Assembly: GCA_944381365.1 (NCBI GenBank)
Contig: CALWKW010000002.1
Coordinates: 180,719 to 244,718, forward strand
Length of the DNA stretch: 64,000 nucleotides
Reading direction: 5' to 3'
Origin: an uncultured Christensenellaceae bacterium
Lineage (GTDB): Bacteria > Bacillota > Clostridia > Christensenellales > UBA3700
Of this stretch, positions 1 through 10,652 are shown one piece after another. Under the pieces are notes generated by a model. That model was not told the DNA's origin and searched no databases. It saw nothing but the letters and a program-made list of their open reading frames with translations. The translations under genes were made by a program, and so were the position numbers. Every line of letters starts with the position of its first letter. Position 1 is the stretch's first letter.

Positions 1-40
1 TGCTCTTATCGCTAAATGCGTTTTTAATAGTTTGCCACAT
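1..40 (-). CDS. secY: Preprotein translocase SecY, N-terminus only (runs off window)
   Basis: ATG overlaps the rplO stop (TAATG); reads [13 protein letters not shown]; canonical position after rplO. Confidence 0.8.
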   Translation of the reverse strand, partial: MWQTIKNAFSDKS

Positions 41-483
41 TACAGCACCTCTGCTTTGCCACCTGCTTTTTCAATTATTTCCGCAGCTGACTTAGTAAAT
101 TTGTTAGCTTTTACTTCAAGCTTTTTGGTCAATGTACCATTGCCGAGTACTTTCAAGCCATAAGGCTCTACTTTACTAAGAACGCCTGTCTCAAGAAGGA
201 GCTCAGCTGTAACAACTGTACCATTGTCAAACTTTTCGAGATCGCTTACATTAACGATTGAGTATTCCTTCTTATAAATATTGTTGAAACCTCTCTTAGG
301 GATTCTTCTTACCAAAGGCATTTGTCCGCCTTCAAATCCGGGTCTTACACCGCCGCCACTACGAGCCCATTGACCCTTGTGACCTTTACCGGATGTCTTG
401 CCCAAACCTGAGCCGATACCTCTGCCGAGTCTCTTAGATTCTGTTTTTGCTCCGGGAGCAGGAGCCAAATTGTTCAATTTCAT
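40..483 (-). CDS. rplO: 50S ribosomal protein L15
   Basis: [19 protein letters not shown] and FEGGQMPL motifs; spc operon order. Confidence 0.98.
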   Translation of the reverse strand: MKLNNLAPAPGAKTESKRLGRGIGSGLGKTSGKGHKGQWARSGGGVRPGFEGGQMPLVRRIPKRGFNNIYKKEYSIVNVSDLEKFDNGTVVTAELLLETGVLSKVEPYGLKVLGNGTLTKKLEVKANKFTKSAAEIIEKAGGKAEVL

Positions 484-494
484 TGTCTACCTCC

Positions 495-674
495 TTATGC
501 CTGCTCAATCATTACAAGGTGAGCTACGATTTTAAGCATACCTTCAGAGCAAGCGTTGGATGTGATAACATTGCTGCTTCCGATCTTTGTGAGACCGAGA
601 GCTGCTACTGTATCCTTTTGCTTTTTGGTGCAACCTATTGTACTCTTAACGAGTGTAACTTTAATCTTTTCCAT
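495..674 (-). CDS. rpmD: 50S ribosomal protein L30 (59 aa, not in ORF track)
   Basis: Hand translation MEKIKVTLVKSTIGCTKKQKDTVAALGL...VAHLV; AGGAGG RBS; lies between rpsE and rplO. Confidence 0.95.
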   Translation of the reverse strand: MEKIKVTLVKSTIGCTKKQKDTVAALGLTKIGSSNVITSNACSEGMLKIVAHLVMIEQA

Positions 675-685
675 AAGTCGCCTCC

Positions 686-1195
686 TTAGCCCATGATTTC
701 CTCGACAGTCTTGCCTCTCAAAGCGGCAACCTGTTCGATTGTTCTCATTTTCTTAAGACCTTCGAATGTAGCTTTTACGCAGTTGATTTTGTTGTTGCTA
801 CCCAAAGCCTTTGTTCTTACATCCTTGATACCTGCACATTCGAGTACGGCACGCACAGGACCACCTGCGATAACACCGGTACCTTCACTTGCGGGCATGA
901 TGTAAACTCTTGTGCTACCGAATTCACCGATTGCATCGTGAGGAACAGTTGTGTTTACTGTGGAAATCTTTACCATATTGCGTTTTGCTTCAGCTGTAGC
1001 CTTGCGGATAGCTTCAGGTACTTCTCCTGCCTTGCCCATACCGAGACCGATATTGCCTTGACCATCACCTACTACGATAAGAGCTGCGAATCTCATTGTT
1101 CTACCGCCCTTAACAACCTTAGTAACACGGTTTACGCAAATAAGCTTGTTGAGCAAATCATTTTCTTGATTTTGAAATTTCTCTTTTCTAGCCAT
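686..1195 (-). CDS. rpsE: 30S ribosomal protein S5
   Basis: [11 protein letters not shown] and GTGVIAGG motifs. Confidence 0.98.
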   Translation of the reverse strand: MARKEKFQNQENDLLNKLICVNRVTKVVKGGRTMRFAALIVVGDGQGNIGLGMGKAGEVPEAIRKATAEAKRNMVKISTVNTTVPHDAIGEFGSTRVYIMPASEGTGVIAGGPVRAVLECAGIKDVRTKALGSNNKINCVKATFEGLKKMRTIEQVAALRGKTVEEIMG

Positions 1196-1210
1196 TTTGA
1201 CTGTACCTCC

Positions 1211-1579
1211 TTAGAATTTCAGGCCAGCTTCTCTGGCACCGTCAGCTACCATCTTTACACGACCTGTATAAAGATATCCGCCTCTGTCGAATACAACTTC
1301 TGTAATTCCCGCTTTCAAAGCCTTTTCAGCTACGGTCTTGCCTACGAGGTTGGCAGCTTCGGACTTTGTCAAATCCTTTACTTTTGCTACCATATCCTTA
1401 TCGAGAGTAGAGCAAGATACAAGTGTAGCACCCTTTACATCATCAATGATTTGCACATTGATATTGTTGGTACTTCTGTAAACATTGAAGCGAGGTCTCT
1501 CAGCAGTACCGCTGATCTTAAGTCTAACTCTTTGATGTCTTTTTTGCCTTACAGCATTTTTATCAATCTTACTAATCAT
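1211..1579 (-). CDS. rplR: 50S ribosomal protein L18
   Basis: [14 protein letters not shown] motif. Confidence 0.98.
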   Translation of the reverse strand: MISKIDKNAVRQKRHQRVRLKISGTAERPRFNVYRSTNNINVQIIDDVKGATLVSCSTLDKDMVAKVKDLTKSEAANLVGKTVAEKALKAGITEVVFDRGGYLYTGRVKMVADGAREAGLKF

Positions 1580-1592
1580 ACTATCTCACTCC

Positions 1593-2135
1593 TTATTTCT
1601 TACCTGTCTTGCCTTCTTTACGAACGATAACTTCGTCTTTATAACGAATACCGTACGCATGGTAAGGATCGGGATTACGAACCTTTCTGATGTTGGCAGC
1701 CATCTGACCAACCAACTCTTTGTCGATACCTTTTACTACTACTTCAGTAATAGAGGGGCATTCAAAAGTAATACCGGGAACTTCTTCGATTTCAACGGGA
1801 TGAGAATAACCTACGCTGAGAACGATTTTCTTACCCTGCTTTGCTACCTTATAACCTACACCGTTAAGAACCAATCCCTTTTCAAAGCCCTTGGATACGC
1901 CTTCAACCATGTTTGCGATAAGTTTTCTGTACAAACCGTGCAAAGCTTTTACTTCTTTTTCATCGTTAGGTCTTGTGACCTTAACTTCGTTGTTTTCTAC
2001 ACTTACCTTGATAATGCTCTTTACATTAAGAGTCAAAGTACCCTTTGCTCCCTTAACTGTAACTACATTTTCGGGTGAAACATTTACTTCTACGCCCTGA
2101 GGAATAGCCACAGGAAGTCTACCAATTCTTGACAT
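1593..2135 (-). CDS. rplF: 50S ribosomal protein L6
   Basis: [10 protein letters not shown]-terminus; PDPY..GIRY motif. Confidence 0.98.
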   Translation of the reverse strand: MSRIGRLPVAIPQGVEVNVSPENVVTVKGAKGTLTLNVKSIIKVSVENNEVKVTRPNDEKEVKALHGLYRKLIANMVEGVSKGFEKGLVLNGVGYKVAKQGKKIVLSVGYSHPVEIEEVPGITFECPSITEVVVKGIDKELVGQMAANIRKVRNPDPYHAYGIRYKDEVIVRKEGKTGKK

Positions 2136-2150
2136 TTGTATTACCTCCTA

Positions 2151-2549
2151 TTACCAAACATAAGCGAGAACTTCGCCGCCGATATGAGCTGCACGAGCTT
2201 TCTTGTCTGTCATAACGCCCTTGGATGTGGAAATGATTGCTATTCCCATACCGTTGAGGACAACGGGCAAGTTTGTAGAATTTGCATAAACTCTAAGACC
2301 GGGCTTGGAGATACGCTTAATACCAGAAATGACCTTTTCGTTGTTAGGTCCATACTTCAAATTTACCTTCATAACACTTTGAACACCGCCGTCTACCATT
2401 TCGTAACCGTTGATGAAGCCTTCTTCTGTCAAAATGTCAGCGATTGCTTTTTTCATCTTTGATGCAGGCATCTCAACACTTTCGTGCTTAGCTACCAAGC
2501 CGTTACGGATACGAGTGAGCATATCAGCTATCGGATCAGTTATCATCAT
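2151..2549 (-). CDS. rpsH: 30S ribosomal protein S8
   Basis: [20 protein letters not shown] and GGEVLAYVW motifs. Confidence 0.98.
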   Translation of the reverse strand: MMITDPIADMLTRIRNGLVAKHESVEMPASKMKKAIADILTEEGFINGYEMVDGGVQSVMKVNLKYGPNNEKVISGIKRISKPGLRVYANSTNLPVVLNGMGIAIISTSKGVMTDKKARAAHIGGEVLAYVW

Positions 2550-2565
2550 AGTAAATACCCTCCTA

Positions 2566-2751
2566 TTACCAACTTGCCTTCTTTACTCCGGGAATCTCGC
2601 CCTTGTAAGCGAGTTCTCTAAAGCAAATTCTGCAAATTCCGTACTTTCTTAATACTGCATGTGGTCTACCACAAATTTGGCATCTTGTGTATGCTCTTGT
2701 GGAGAACTTAGGCGTTTTTTGTTGCTTATTAATCATTGCTTTCTTAGCCAT
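2566..2751 (-). CDS. rpsN: 30S ribosomal protein S14, zinc-binding type Z
   Basis: 61 aa with CQIC...CRIC zinc motif. Confidence 0.98.
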   Translation of the reverse strand: MAKKAMINKQQKTPKFSTRAYTRCQICGRPHAVLRKYGICRICFRELAYKGEIPGVKKASW

Positions 2752-2765
2752 AATTCGTTATCTCC

Positions 2766-3314
2766 TTATTTTACAAAAGGCATACCGAGGAGTGTCAACA
2801 ACTCCTTAGCCTCTTCGTCTGTCTTCGCTGTTGTAACAACGATGATGTCAAATCCTCTTACCTTCTCTACTTTGTCGTATTGAATTTCGGGGAAGATGAT
2901 TTGTTCCTTAACACCCATAGCGTAGTTGCCTCTGCCATCAAAAGAGTCAGCGGGGATACCCTTGAAGTCTCTTACACGAGGGAGAGCAACGGATACGAGC
3001 TTATCCATAAAGTCGTACATCTTCTTGCCACGGAGAGTCACCTTAGCACCGATTACCATATTCTCTCTGACTTTGAAGTTTGCTACGCTCTTCTTTGCTT
3101 TACACTCAACAGGTGCCTGACCTGCTATCATCTTGAGTTCTTCAACTGCTAGTTGAAGGCTCTTGCTGTTGTCTTTTACATCGCCGAGACCCATATTGAG
3201 AACTACTTTCTCGAGCTTGGGTACTTCGTTGATATTCTTGTAGTTGAACTTTTTAATCAATGCAGGTACTACTGTTGATTTATAAAGTTCCAACATTCTG
3301 TATTCTCTTTCCAC
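2766..3314 (-). CDS. rplE: 50S ribosomal protein L5
   Basis: LPRVRDFKG and FDGRGNY motifs; GTG start with GGAGGA RBS. Confidence 0.98.
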   Translation of the reverse strand: MEREYRMLELYKSTVVPALIKKFNYKNINEVPKLEKVVLNMGLGDVKDNSKSLQLAVEELKMIAGQAPVECKAKKSVANFKVRENMVIGAKVTLRGKKMYDFMDKLVSVALPRVRDFKGIPADSFDGRGNYAMGVKEQIIFPEIQYDKVEKVRGFDIIVVTTAKTDEEAKELLTLLGMPFVK

Positions 3315-3333
3315 AGTCGTTATCCTCCATTAA

Positions 3334-3849
3334 TTACTTTTCTTCTTTAGCTTCAACAGTCTTCTTTGCTTTTGTAGCTGTCTTAGAAGCTGTCTTCTTT
3401 GCGGGTGCCTTTGTTTCTTCTGCTACTGCCTCTTCTGTCTTAGCAGCCTTGGTAGCCTTAGAAGCTGTCTTGGGAGCTGCTTTCTTAGCAGTCTTAGCAG
3501 CCTTAGCGGGCTTAACATCCAAAGATGCTCCGCAAGCCTTGCAGACACGAGTCTTCTGAGTCTTGCCGTTCTCGTCAACCGTAACATTGTGAGCTACTCT
3601 TGTAACCTTGCCACAGCTGGGGCAGATAATCATTACATTGGATACATCCACAGAACCTTCTCTTTCGATGATGCCACCCTTTTCCTGAGCGTTACGGGGT
3701 TTTACAAAACACTTAACAGTCTTGAGTCCGTCACCCTTCAAAACAACTCTGTTTGCTTTGGTGTCAACTGCCAATACCTGTCCTGTCTTACCTTTATCAG
3801 CACCAGCGATAATCTTTACTGCATCGCCTTTCTTAACATTCATACTCAT
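3334..3849 (-). CDS. rplX: 50S ribosomal protein L24 with ~60 aa Lys/Ala-rich C-terminal extension
   Basis: KOW motif KKGDAVKIIAGADKGKTG; position between rplN and rplE. Confidence 0.96.
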   Translation of the reverse strand: MSMNVKKGDAVKIIAGADKGKTGQVLAVDTKANRVVLKGDGLKTVKCFVKPRNAQEKGGIIEREGSVDVSNVMIICPSCGKVTRVAHNVTVDENGKTQKTRVCKACGASLDVKPAKAAKTAKKAAPKTASKATKAAKTEEAVAEETKAPAKKTASKTATKAKKTVEAKEEK

Positions 3850-3864
3850 ATTGGTTTACCTCCG

Positions 3865-4233
3865 TTAAATTACCTCAGGGGCAAGGGATATAATCTTCAT
3901 ATAATCCTTATCTCTGAGCTCTCTTGCGATGGGTCCAAAGATACGAGTGCCTCTGGGTTGCTTTTGGTTGTCGATAATTACTGCTGCGTTGTCATCGAAT
4001 CTAATATAAGAACCGTCTGTTCTTCTGATACCCTTCTTGGTTCTTACGATAACTGCCTTAACAACATCGCCCTTCTTTACGACACCGCCGGGAGTAGCGT
4101 TTTGAACTGCAGCTACGATTACATCGCCAATGTTACCGCTTCTACGGAACGAACCACCCATTACTCTAATACACTTAATTTCTTTTGCACCGCTGTTGTC
4201 AGCAACGACCAATCTTGTCTCAGGTTGTATCAT
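3865..4233 (-). CDS. rplN: 50S ribosomal protein L14
   Basis: [17 protein letters not shown] and ISLAPEV motifs. Confidence 0.98.
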   Translation of the reverse strand: MIQPETRLVVADNSGAKEIKCIRVMGGSFRRSGNIGDVIVAAVQNATPGGVVKKGDVVKAVIVRTKKGIRRTDGSYIRFDDNAAVIIDNQKQPRGTRIFGPIARELRDKDYMKIISLAPEVI

Positions 4234-4247
4234 ATTCGTGGTCCTCC

Positions 4248-4505
4248 TTATTTAGCCTTTTCTACGATTTCGACTACTCTCCAATGTTTTTCCTTGGAAA
4301 GAGGTCTTGTCTCAACGATACGAACTGTATCGCCTATGCCACATTCATTTTGCTCGTCATGAGCCTTGAATGTCTTTGTTCTGTTGACAATCTTGCCATA
4401 AAGAGGATGCTTAACACGCTCTTTGATAGCTACGACAACGGTCTTGTCCATCTTGTCGCTTACTACAACACCGACTCTGGTCTTTCTGAGATTTCTTTCT
4501 TCCAT
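4248..4505 (-). CDS. rpsQ: 30S ribosomal protein S17
   Basis: [14 protein letters not shown] and ETRPLSK motifs. Confidence 0.98.
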   Translation of the reverse strand: MEERNLRKTRVGVVVSDKMDKTVVVAIKERVKHPLYGKIVNRTKTFKAHDEQNECGIGDTVRIVETRPLSKEKHWRVVEIVEKAK

Positions 4506-4519
4506 GTCTTAAATCCTCC

Positions 4520-4762
4520 TTATTTAGATTTTTTAGCCGTCTTCTTAGCTGCCTTTGTAGGCTCTACGGATATACCGAGTTCTCTTTGACGGATGATTGT
4601 CTTTACTCTTGCGATATCCTTCTTACATGTAGCAAGTTGGTTTGCGTTTTCGAGCTGACCTGCTTTATGCTTGAAACGGAGATTGAACAATTCTTCCTTC
4701 AAAGCATTAAGCTTAAGATTAAGCTCGTCATTTGTCATTTCGAAAAAATTACTTGCTTTCAT
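4520..4762 (-). CDS. rpmC: 50S ribosomal protein L29 with short basic C-terminal tail
   Basis: [10 protein letters not shown] and KKDIARVKT motifs. Confidence 0.97.
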   Translation of the reverse strand: MKASNFFEMTNDELNLKLNALKEELFNLRFKHKAGQLENANQLATCKKDIARVKTIIRQRELGISVEPTKAAKKTAKKSK

Positions 4763-5180
4763 CTTCGTTCACCTCTTCTTTCTTAACGATTTTGCACTTT
4801 ACAGGCAATTTGTGAGACGCAAGTCTCAAAGCTTCACGAGCAACTTCTTCGCTGACACCTGCCATCTCGAACATTACTCTGCCGGGCTTAACTACTGCTG
4901 CCCAGTACTCTACGCTACCCTTACCACTACCCATTCTGGTTTCTGCGGGTTTCTTTGTGATAGGCTTGTGGGGGAAGATATTGATCCATACCTGTCCGCC
5001 TCTCTTGATATAACGAGTCATTGCGATACGGGCTGCCTCAATCTGGTTTGAGGTAATCCAACTAGGTTCAAGTGCTACAAGACCGAACTCGCCGTAAGCG
5101 ATTTTGTTACCCTTGTTTGCCTGACCTGTGAGTCTGCCACGATGAACACGGCGTCTCTTAACTCTTTTAGGCATTAACAT
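4749..5180 (-). CDS. rplP: 50S ribosomal protein L16
   Basis: RMGSGKG and QIEAARIA motifs. Confidence 0.98.
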   Translation of the reverse strand: MLMPKRVKRRRVHRGRLTGQANKGNKIAYGEFGLVALEPSWITSNQIEAARIAMTRYIKRGGQVWINIFPHKPITKKPAETRMGSGKGSVEYWAAVVKPGRVMFEMAGVSEEVAREALRLASHKLPVKCKIVKKEEVNEDESK

Positions 5181-5860
5181 TACGCATTACCTCCTTCCTT
5201 TATCTCTTTAGTGTTCTTTCCGAGGATTTCACCCTTGTAAACCCAAACTTTAACACCGATGATACCGAATGTTGTATGAGCTTCTGCTGTACCGTAATCG
5301 ATATCTGCTCTCAATGTCTGAAGGGGAATAGAACCTTCGTGATAGCTCTCGGATCTAGCGATTTCCGCACCGTCAAGACGACCGGAAACCTTTGTCTTGA
5401 TACCCTTAACGCCACTCTTCATAGCCTTGGAGATACAACCCTTCATTGCGCGTCTGAAAGCTGTACGCTTTTCGAGCTGAGCTGCGATGTTCTCTGCGAT
5501 AAGTTGAGCGTCTGTGTCAGGTCTCTTAACTTCCATGATATTGATGCTTACGCTCTTCTTGGGAGCAAGCTTCATAACTTCTTTCTTGATTTGCTCTACA
5601 CCAGCACCTGCTTTACCGATTACTACACCGGGCTTTGATGTGTAGATTGTGACGATTACGATGTCGTTTGCTGAAGAAAGTATTCTGCTGATAGTAATCT
5701 TGGAAATGGAGCATTGATAATACTTTTTCTTCAAGAAAGTTCTGATCTTATGGTCTTCTACAAGGTTCTTGGAGAAGTTTTTCTTATCTGCATACCATTG
5801 TGCGTTCCAGTCTCTGATAACGCCGACTCTTAAGCCGTGTGGACTAACTTTTTGACCCAT
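5180..5860 (-). CDS. rpsC: 30S ribosomal protein S3
   Basis: [12 protein letters not shown]-terminus; [11 protein letters not shown]. Confidence 0.98.
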   Translation of the reverse strand: MGQKVSPHGLRVGVIRDWNAQWYADKKNFSKNLVEDHKIRTFLKKKYYQCSISKITISRILSSANDIVIVTIYTSKPGVVIGKAGAGVEQIKKEVMKLAPKKSVSINIMEVKRPDTDAQLIAENIAAQLEKRTAFRRAMKGCISKAMKSGVKGIKTKVSGRLDGAEIARSESYHEGSIPLQTLRADIDYGTAEAHTTFGIIGVKVWVYKGEILGKNTKEIKEGGNA

Positions 5861-5877
5861 TTTTAATACCTCCTTCC

Positions 5878-6264
5878 TTATTTAGCCTCATCAAGAATGA
5901 TGGTGATGTGGCTAGTACGCTTGTTGATTCTTGCTGCACTGCCCTTTGCTCTTGCTCTTATTCTCTTGAGAATAGGACCTGCATTTGCAAAACATTCTGC
6001 GACATACAAATCGCTCTTAGCCATATTCATATTGTTCTCTGCGTTTGCTGCTGCGGAGTTCAACAATTTGATTACGGGTTCGCAAGCTGCCTTGCGTGTA
6101 AATTTCAAAATTGCCAAAGCTTCTGCGTACTTCTTACCTCTGATGATGTCGAGTACGATTCTTACCTTGTCGGGAGAGATTCTGACATACTTAGCTGTTG
6201 CACTGGGACGCTTATCAGCGTTTGTTTGACGAGTCTCTGCTTTTTCTCTGATTCTCTTAGCCAT
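5878..6264 (-). CDS. rplV: 50S ribosomal protein L22 (start moved to ATG at 6264)
   Basis: [10 protein letters not shown] and KRTSHITI motifs; AGGAGG RBS precedes MAKRIRE; the longer ORF-track start overlaps rpsS. Confidence 0.95.
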   Translation of the reverse strand: MAKRIREKAETRQTNADKRPSATAKYVRISPDKVRIVLDIIRGKKYAEALAILKFTRKAACEPVIKLLNSAAANAENNMNMAKSDLYVAECFANAGPILKRIRARAKGSAARINKRTSHITIILDEAK

Positions 6265-6274
6265 TTTATGCCTC

Positions 6275-6553
6275 CTATCTCTTTCCTGTCGTTTTCTCAC
6301 CTGCGTGACCTTTGAAGGTTCTTGTAGGAGCGAACTCACCGAGTTTGCAACCTACCATATCTTCGGTGATATATACGGGTACATGCTTTCTTCCATCGTG
6401 AACGGCGATTGTATGACCTACCATTTCGGGGAAGATTGTGGAAGATCTCGACCAAGTCTTGACTACCTTCTTTTCATTAGCTTCGTTCATAGCGATAATT
6501 CTGCTTATAAGTCTCTTTTCAACGAAAGGTCCTTTCTTTACTGATCTACTCAT
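6275..6553 (-). CDS. rpsS: 30S ribosomal protein S19
   Basis: [11 protein letters not shown] and KLGEFAPTR motifs. Confidence 0.98.
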   Translation of the reverse strand: MSRSVKKGPFVEKRLISRIIAMNEANEKKVVKTWSRSSTIFPEMVGHTIAVHDGRKHVPVYITEDMVGCKLGEFAPTRTFKGHAGEKTTGKR

Positions 6554-6567
6554 TTTCCTATGTCCTC

Positions 6568-7392
6568 CTAGTTAATACGCTTGATGATTAACTTGTTGCT
6601 CTTGTTCTTCTTTCTGGTCTTGTAACCCAAAGCAGGTTTACCCCAAGGGGTAACAGGGCTGGGCATACCGATAGGTGACTTACCTTCACCACCACCGTGA
6701 GGGTGATCGCAAGGGTTCATTACTACACCACGAACGGTAGGTCTGATACCCATATGACGCTTGCGTCCTGCCTTGCCGAGAGAAACGATTTCGTGTTCGA
6801 GGTTGCCTACCTGACCGATAGTTGCCTTACACTTGCTGAGAACATATCTCATTTCGCCGCTGGGAAGTCTCAATGTAGCATACTTGCCTTCCTTAGCCAT
6901 GAGCTGTGCGGAGTTGCCTGCTGCTCTAGCTATCTGACCGCCCTTGCCGGGATGCATTTCGATATTGTGAATGATTGCACCGACAGGAATCTTTTCGAGG
7001 GGAAGTGCGTTGCCGACTTTGATATCAGCATTTTCACCGCTCATTACTACATCGCCCTTTTGAAGTCCTACGGGAGCAACGATATATCTCTTTTCGCCGT
7101 CTGCGTAGCTGAGCAATGCGATGTTTGCACTACGGTTAGGATCGTATTCGATAGAAACAACCGTTGCGGGTATGTTATCTTTATTACGCTTGAAGTCAAT
7201 AATTCTGTACTTTCTTCTGTTGCCACCGCCGATATGTCTTACGGTAATTCTGCCGGTAGCGTTTCTGCCACCGCTCTTGTTGAGAGATACGAGCAAGCTC
7301 TTTTCGGGAGTGGTTGTGGTAATCTCATCAAACTTTGATACCGTCATAAAACGGCGAGCAGGAGAAGTAGGTTTATATCTCTTTATAGCCAT
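6568..7392 (-). CDS. rplB: 50S ribosomal protein L2
   Basis: EYDPNRSA and [13 protein letters not shown] motifs. Confidence 0.99.
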   Translation of the reverse strand: MAIKRYKPTSPARRFMTVSKFDEITTTTPEKSLLVSLNKSGGRNATGRITVRHIGGGNRRKYRIIDFKRNKDNIPATVVSIEYDPNRSANIALLSYADGEKRYIVAPVGLQKGDVVMSGENADIKVGNALPLEKIPVGAIIHNIEMHPGKGGQIARAAGNSAQLMAKEGKYATLRLPSGEMRYVLSKCKATIGQVGNLEHEIVSLGKAGRKRHMGIRPTVRGVVMNPCDHPHGGGEGKSPIGMPSPVTPWGKPALGYKTRKKNKSNKLIIKRIN

Positions 7393-7407
7393 TTTCTATT
7401 CCTCCTA

Positions 7408-7698
7408 TTATGCCAAGCTTTCGAAGAATTCGATTGCCTTGCTGTCTTGTGTCAATGTAACTATTGCCTTCTTGTAATCGGAAGTCATACCTTCGTTTCT
7501 TCCCATTCTCTTTTTCTTGCCGTTTACATTAACAGTGTTTACTTTTTCTACTTTTACACCGAAGATATCCTCAACTGCTACTTTGATTTGTGTCTTTGTA
7601 GCGTTTGTAGCTACTTTGAAAGTATACTTCTTATCAGCGATACCATCGTAGCTCTTTTCTGTAAGGATAGGGGATATAATAATATCATACTTATTCAT
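7408..7698 (-). CDS. rplW: 50S ribosomal protein L23
   Basis: PILTEKS and YKKAIVTL motifs. Confidence 0.98.
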   Translation of the reverse strand: MNKYDIIISPILTEKSYDGIADKKYTFKVATNATKTQIKVAVEDIFGVKVEKVNTVNVNGKKKRMGRNEGMTSDYKKAIVTLTQDSKAIEFFESLA

Positions 7699-8318
7699 TA
7701 TGCATATACCTCCTCAATTTTTGCTACCGCATCCTTCGTGAAGATACATTTTGCATTTGCTGCCAAATCGTATACATTCAAGAGGTCTGCATTGATAAGT
7801 GTAAGATTTGCGATATTTGCACAAGCTCTCTTTACTGCTTCGTCATCCTGAGCTACAACGAGCAATACGCTGTTGTCGATGCTCATAGCCTTAAGCATAT
7901 TTGCAATGTACTTTGTCTTTGCTTCTTTGAGAGCGATCTTGTCCAATACGATAAAGTCGTTGTCTGTCACCTTAGCACTCAAAGCTGAGAGTGTAGCAGC
8001 TACCTTCATCTTCTTGTTTATCTTCTGAGCAAAATCTCTGGGCTTGGGAGCGAATACTACGCCGCCGCCTGTCCATTGAGGGCTACGGATGCTACCTTGT
8101 CTTGCACGACCTGTGCCCTTTTGTCTCCAAGGCTTCTTGCCTCCGCCTCTTACTTCAGTACGAGTCAAAGTGGATTTTGTACCTTGTCTTCTGTTTGCCA
8201 ACTGAGCAACAACTACTTGATGGATAAGTGCTTCGTTGTATTCTACGCCGAACACATTTTCGTTAAGCTCTATATCAGCTACTTTCTTAGCATTCATATC
8301 TAATACATTAACTTTCAT
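7698..8318 (-). CDS. rplD: 50S ribosomal protein L4
   Basis: [15 protein letters not shown] motif. Confidence 0.98.
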   Translation of the reverse strand: MKVNVLDMNAKKVADIELNENVFGVEYNEALIHQVVVAQLANRRQGTKSTLTRTEVRGGGKKPWRQKGTGRARQGSIRSPQWTGGGVVFAPKPRDFAQKINKKMKVAATLSALSAKVTDNDFIVLDKIALKEAKTKYIANMLKAMSIDNSVLLVVAQDDEAVKRACANIANLTLINADLLNVYDLAANAKCIFTKDAVAKIEEVYA

Positions 8319-8332
8319 TTTTGCTCACTCCT

Positions 8333-8953
8333 TTAACCGTTTTGCTTTACAACAACGATGTTACCCTTAGCACCGGGGATAGCACCCTTGATGAAGAGAA
8401 GATTACGTGCGGTATCGACTTTAGCAACCGTAAGATTCTTAACCGTAACCTTTTCATTACCCCATTGACCGGACATTTTCTTGTTCTTGAATACTCTTGA
8501 GGGAGAAGAACAAGCACCCATAGAACCTACACCTCTGTGGTAACCGGAACCGTGTGCCATAGGACCGCAATGGTGATTCCATCTCTTTACTGCACCGGTG
8601 AAACCGTGTCCCTTTGAAGTACCGCTTACATCTACCAAAGAGCCTTCAGCGAACTGCTCGCATGTCAACTCTTGTCCTACTTCGTAAGCTGCTACATCTG
8701 TCTTGAATTCTCTCAAAACTCTTCTGGGAGCAACACCTGCTTTCTTGTAATGACCCTTCATAGGCTTATTGACATTCTTTTCTTTGATGTCACCAAAGGC
8801 GATTTGGAGTGCCTCATAGCCGTCTTTGTCAAGGGTTTTCTTCTGCACTACGGGACAAGGTCCTGCGAGAACTATCGTTACGGGAATAACTGTACCGTCT
8901 TGTGCAAAAATTTGACTCATTGCCAACTTCTTTCCAATGATTGCTTTATTCAT
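8333..8953 (-). CDS. rplC: 50S ribosomal protein L3
   Basis: DVSGTSKGHGFTG and KGAIPG motifs. Confidence 0.98.
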   Translation of the reverse strand: MNKAIIGKKLAMSQIFAQDGTVIPVTIVLAGPCPVVQKKTLDKDGYEALQIAFGDIKEKNVNKPMKGHYKKAGVAPRRVLREFKTDVAAYEVGQELTCEQFAEGSLVDVSGTSKGHGFTGAVKRWNHHCGPMAHGSGYHRGVGSMGACSSPSRVFKNKKMSGQWGNEKVTVKNLTVAKVDTARNLLFIKGAIPGAKGNIVVVKQNG

Positions 8954-9021
8954 AGATAAAGTTCACCTCCTGTAATATTTCGCAAAATCGCTTTCGCAAT
9001 TTTATTTGTTGTCTTGATTAA

Positions 9022-9330
9022 TTAAAGTTTGATTTGAATATCTACACCTGCGGGCAAATCGAGTTTCATAAGAGCGTCAACTGCTTTGCTGGTAGGATTT
9101 ACGATATCGATAAGTCTCTTGTGAGTACGAAGTTCGAACTGCTCTCTGGAGTCCTTATACTTGTGTACTGCACGAAGGATAGTGACTACTTCCTTTTCTG
9201 TGGGAAGGGGAATAGGTCCTGAAACCTGTACGCCGCTTCTCTTTGCTGTCTCAACGATCTTATCTGCTGCGAGGTCGATAAGGTTGTGATCATAAGCTCT
9301 AAGTCTGATTCTGATTGTTTGTCCTGCCAT
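9022..9330 (-). CDS. rpsJ: 30S ribosomal protein S10
   Basis: GPIPLPT and SREQFE..THKRLID motifs. Confidence 0.98.
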   Translation of the reverse strand: MAGQTIRIRLRAYDHNLIDLAADKIVETAKRSGVQVSGPIPLPTEKEVVTILRAVHKYKDSREQFELRTHKRLIDIVNPTSKAVDALMKLDLPAGVDIQIKL

Positions 9331-9427
9331 TTTTGTTTCTCCTTTTTCCTAACTTATTTTTTATTACACACCGCCGTGTGTTCCACCCTTGCCAATTTTT
9401 AAAAGGCCGCAGAAAGCCTTTTTGTTA

Positions 9428-9510
9428 GTCGCCCGATTGTCGGACTCTTGTCCACGGAAGTTCTCTATATAATATAGTAACCTCCCGCTTCATCCCTATT
9501 GGCACGAGCA
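9428..9510 (-). promoter_or_regulatory. Putative S10-operon leader RNA (S10-Clostridia-like ribosomal leader)
   Basis: GC-richer block in the AT-rich rpsJ 5' region, GATGAAGCGGGAGGTT...GTCCG..CGGGCGAC; resembles clostridial rpsJ leaders from memory, not searched. Confidence 0.55.
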
Positions 9511-9894
9511 TAAAAAATATTACATTATTAGCAAAAAAAGGGCAAGCATTTGAAAATACTAAATTGTAAAATTTATGTAAAATCTTAAAATTATTGTCAT
9601 TTGAGCAGTTTTTTGTCTGAAAATATCGCTTTTCATTCTCTCTCTATCATCAAACAGACATGCAAAACTTATATAAAAGATATAAAATAATATTGATATC
9701 GTATTCGATATAATATAATGCTCGATATACTCCTATCTCCATAAAGATAAGAATATATTTATCTTCCTTGACAAAATAATTATATCATAATATTGAATTT
9801 TATAAAAGGATATACTTTATAAATTAAATAATAAATAAAAAAATTTATTTTAGCCGATACAAATCGCTTTATAAGGTGTAGTATAGTCAGAAAA

Positions 9895-9978
9895 CCTTAA
9901 AGAAGTCCCTTCATCTTTTTTAAGGCAAAGATCCGATACCCCCGTGGAAAAGGATATGCTTTCGGACATATCCTTTTC
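9895..9978 (+). ncRNA. Candidate orphan sRNA: hairpin with CU-rich loop, C-run, terminator-like hairpin
   Basis: CCTTAAAGAAG-TCCCTTCAT-CTTTTTTAAGG stem (one G-U on +), ACCCCCG, then GAAAAGGATATG/CATATCCTTTTC; no ORF; no clear promoter. Confidence 0.3.
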
Positions 9979-10126
9979 TATATGAATATATATTGATATT
10001 TTTTATTTTGTAATTTTCTTAAAAGGGTATTACAGCTCTTATTCATTATAGAAAGAATGTTTTTCTTTGCATAATTATTATCGCTATAATATATTATAAT
10101 TTATATATAAAATATTTTATCAATAG

Positions 10127-10167
10127 TAATATATACAATTTACCTAAGGCTTAAATTGTATATATTA
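10127..10167 (-). repeat. Dispersed spacer palindrome, copy 1
   Basis: TAATATATACAATTTA-CCTAAGGCT-TAAATTGTATATATTA; perfect 16-bp arms; spacer reads AGCCTTAGG on minus. Confidence 0.95.
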
Positions 10168-10199
10168 GACTCTCTTCGTGCGTGCATGCGTATATACGC

Positions 10200-10230
10200 A
10201 AAAGACGACTCATTTTACGAGTCGTCTTTT
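10200..10230. terminator. Bidirectional intrinsic terminator
   Basis: AAAAGACGACTC-ATTTTAC-GAGTCGTCTTTT downstream of the DUF1858 gene. Confidence 0.85.
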
Positions 10231-10250
10231 AATTTTAATAAAACTTTTAA

Positions 10251-10373
10251 GCCCTTGGAGATTAGTGCAGAGTTGCGATTTTGAAGAGAGTTCGCGAACG
10301 GAGCGTACTTTCCGTACGTGACTGAGCACAACTGCTCGCACTAAATTGCAAATATGTGCTGATATACAAGGGC
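10251..10373 (+). repeat. 123-nt long imperfect hairpin, MITE/REP-like element
   Basis: GCCCTTG...CAAGGGC termini; 33 stacked positions give 24 WC, 4 G-U, 5 mismatches; inner CGTAC/GTACG and GAGCA/TGCTC hairpins. Confidence 0.55.
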
Positions 10374-10380
10374 ACCATTA

Positions 10381-10587
10381 TTATTCTTCTCCAGCCACTT
10401 CGTTGAGTTTTTTTACAAGCTCATCTACATCAACGCCGTGCACCATAGCTGCCTCTTCGATTGTTTCGCCTCTTGCCATTGCACAACCAAAACAGTGCAT
10501 TCCTATGCTGAGCAAAGTTTCTGCGATAGCTTCTGCATTCTTATGCTGAAGTGCTTCTGCGATAAGCATGTCTTTTGTTATTGCCAT
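10381..10587 (-). CDS. DUF1858 domain protein
   Basis: 68 aa, GMHCFGCAMARGETIEEAAMVHG signature; AGGAGG RBS. Confidence 0.88.
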   Translation of the reverse strand: MAITKDMLIAEALQHKNAEAIAETLLSIGMHCFGCAMARGETIEEAAMVHGVDVDELVKKLNEVAGEE

Positions 10588-10652
10588 ATTATATGCCTCC
10601 TATAATCTTTTCGTATGTATTATAAACCATTATTGACATTTTGGCTATTATT

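Noticed and set aside
447-9222. Many plus-strand ORFs in the track overlapping ribosomal protein genes, and similar antisense ORFs across the window
   Set aside because: Shadow frames of well-supported genes; no RBS or recognisable motifs
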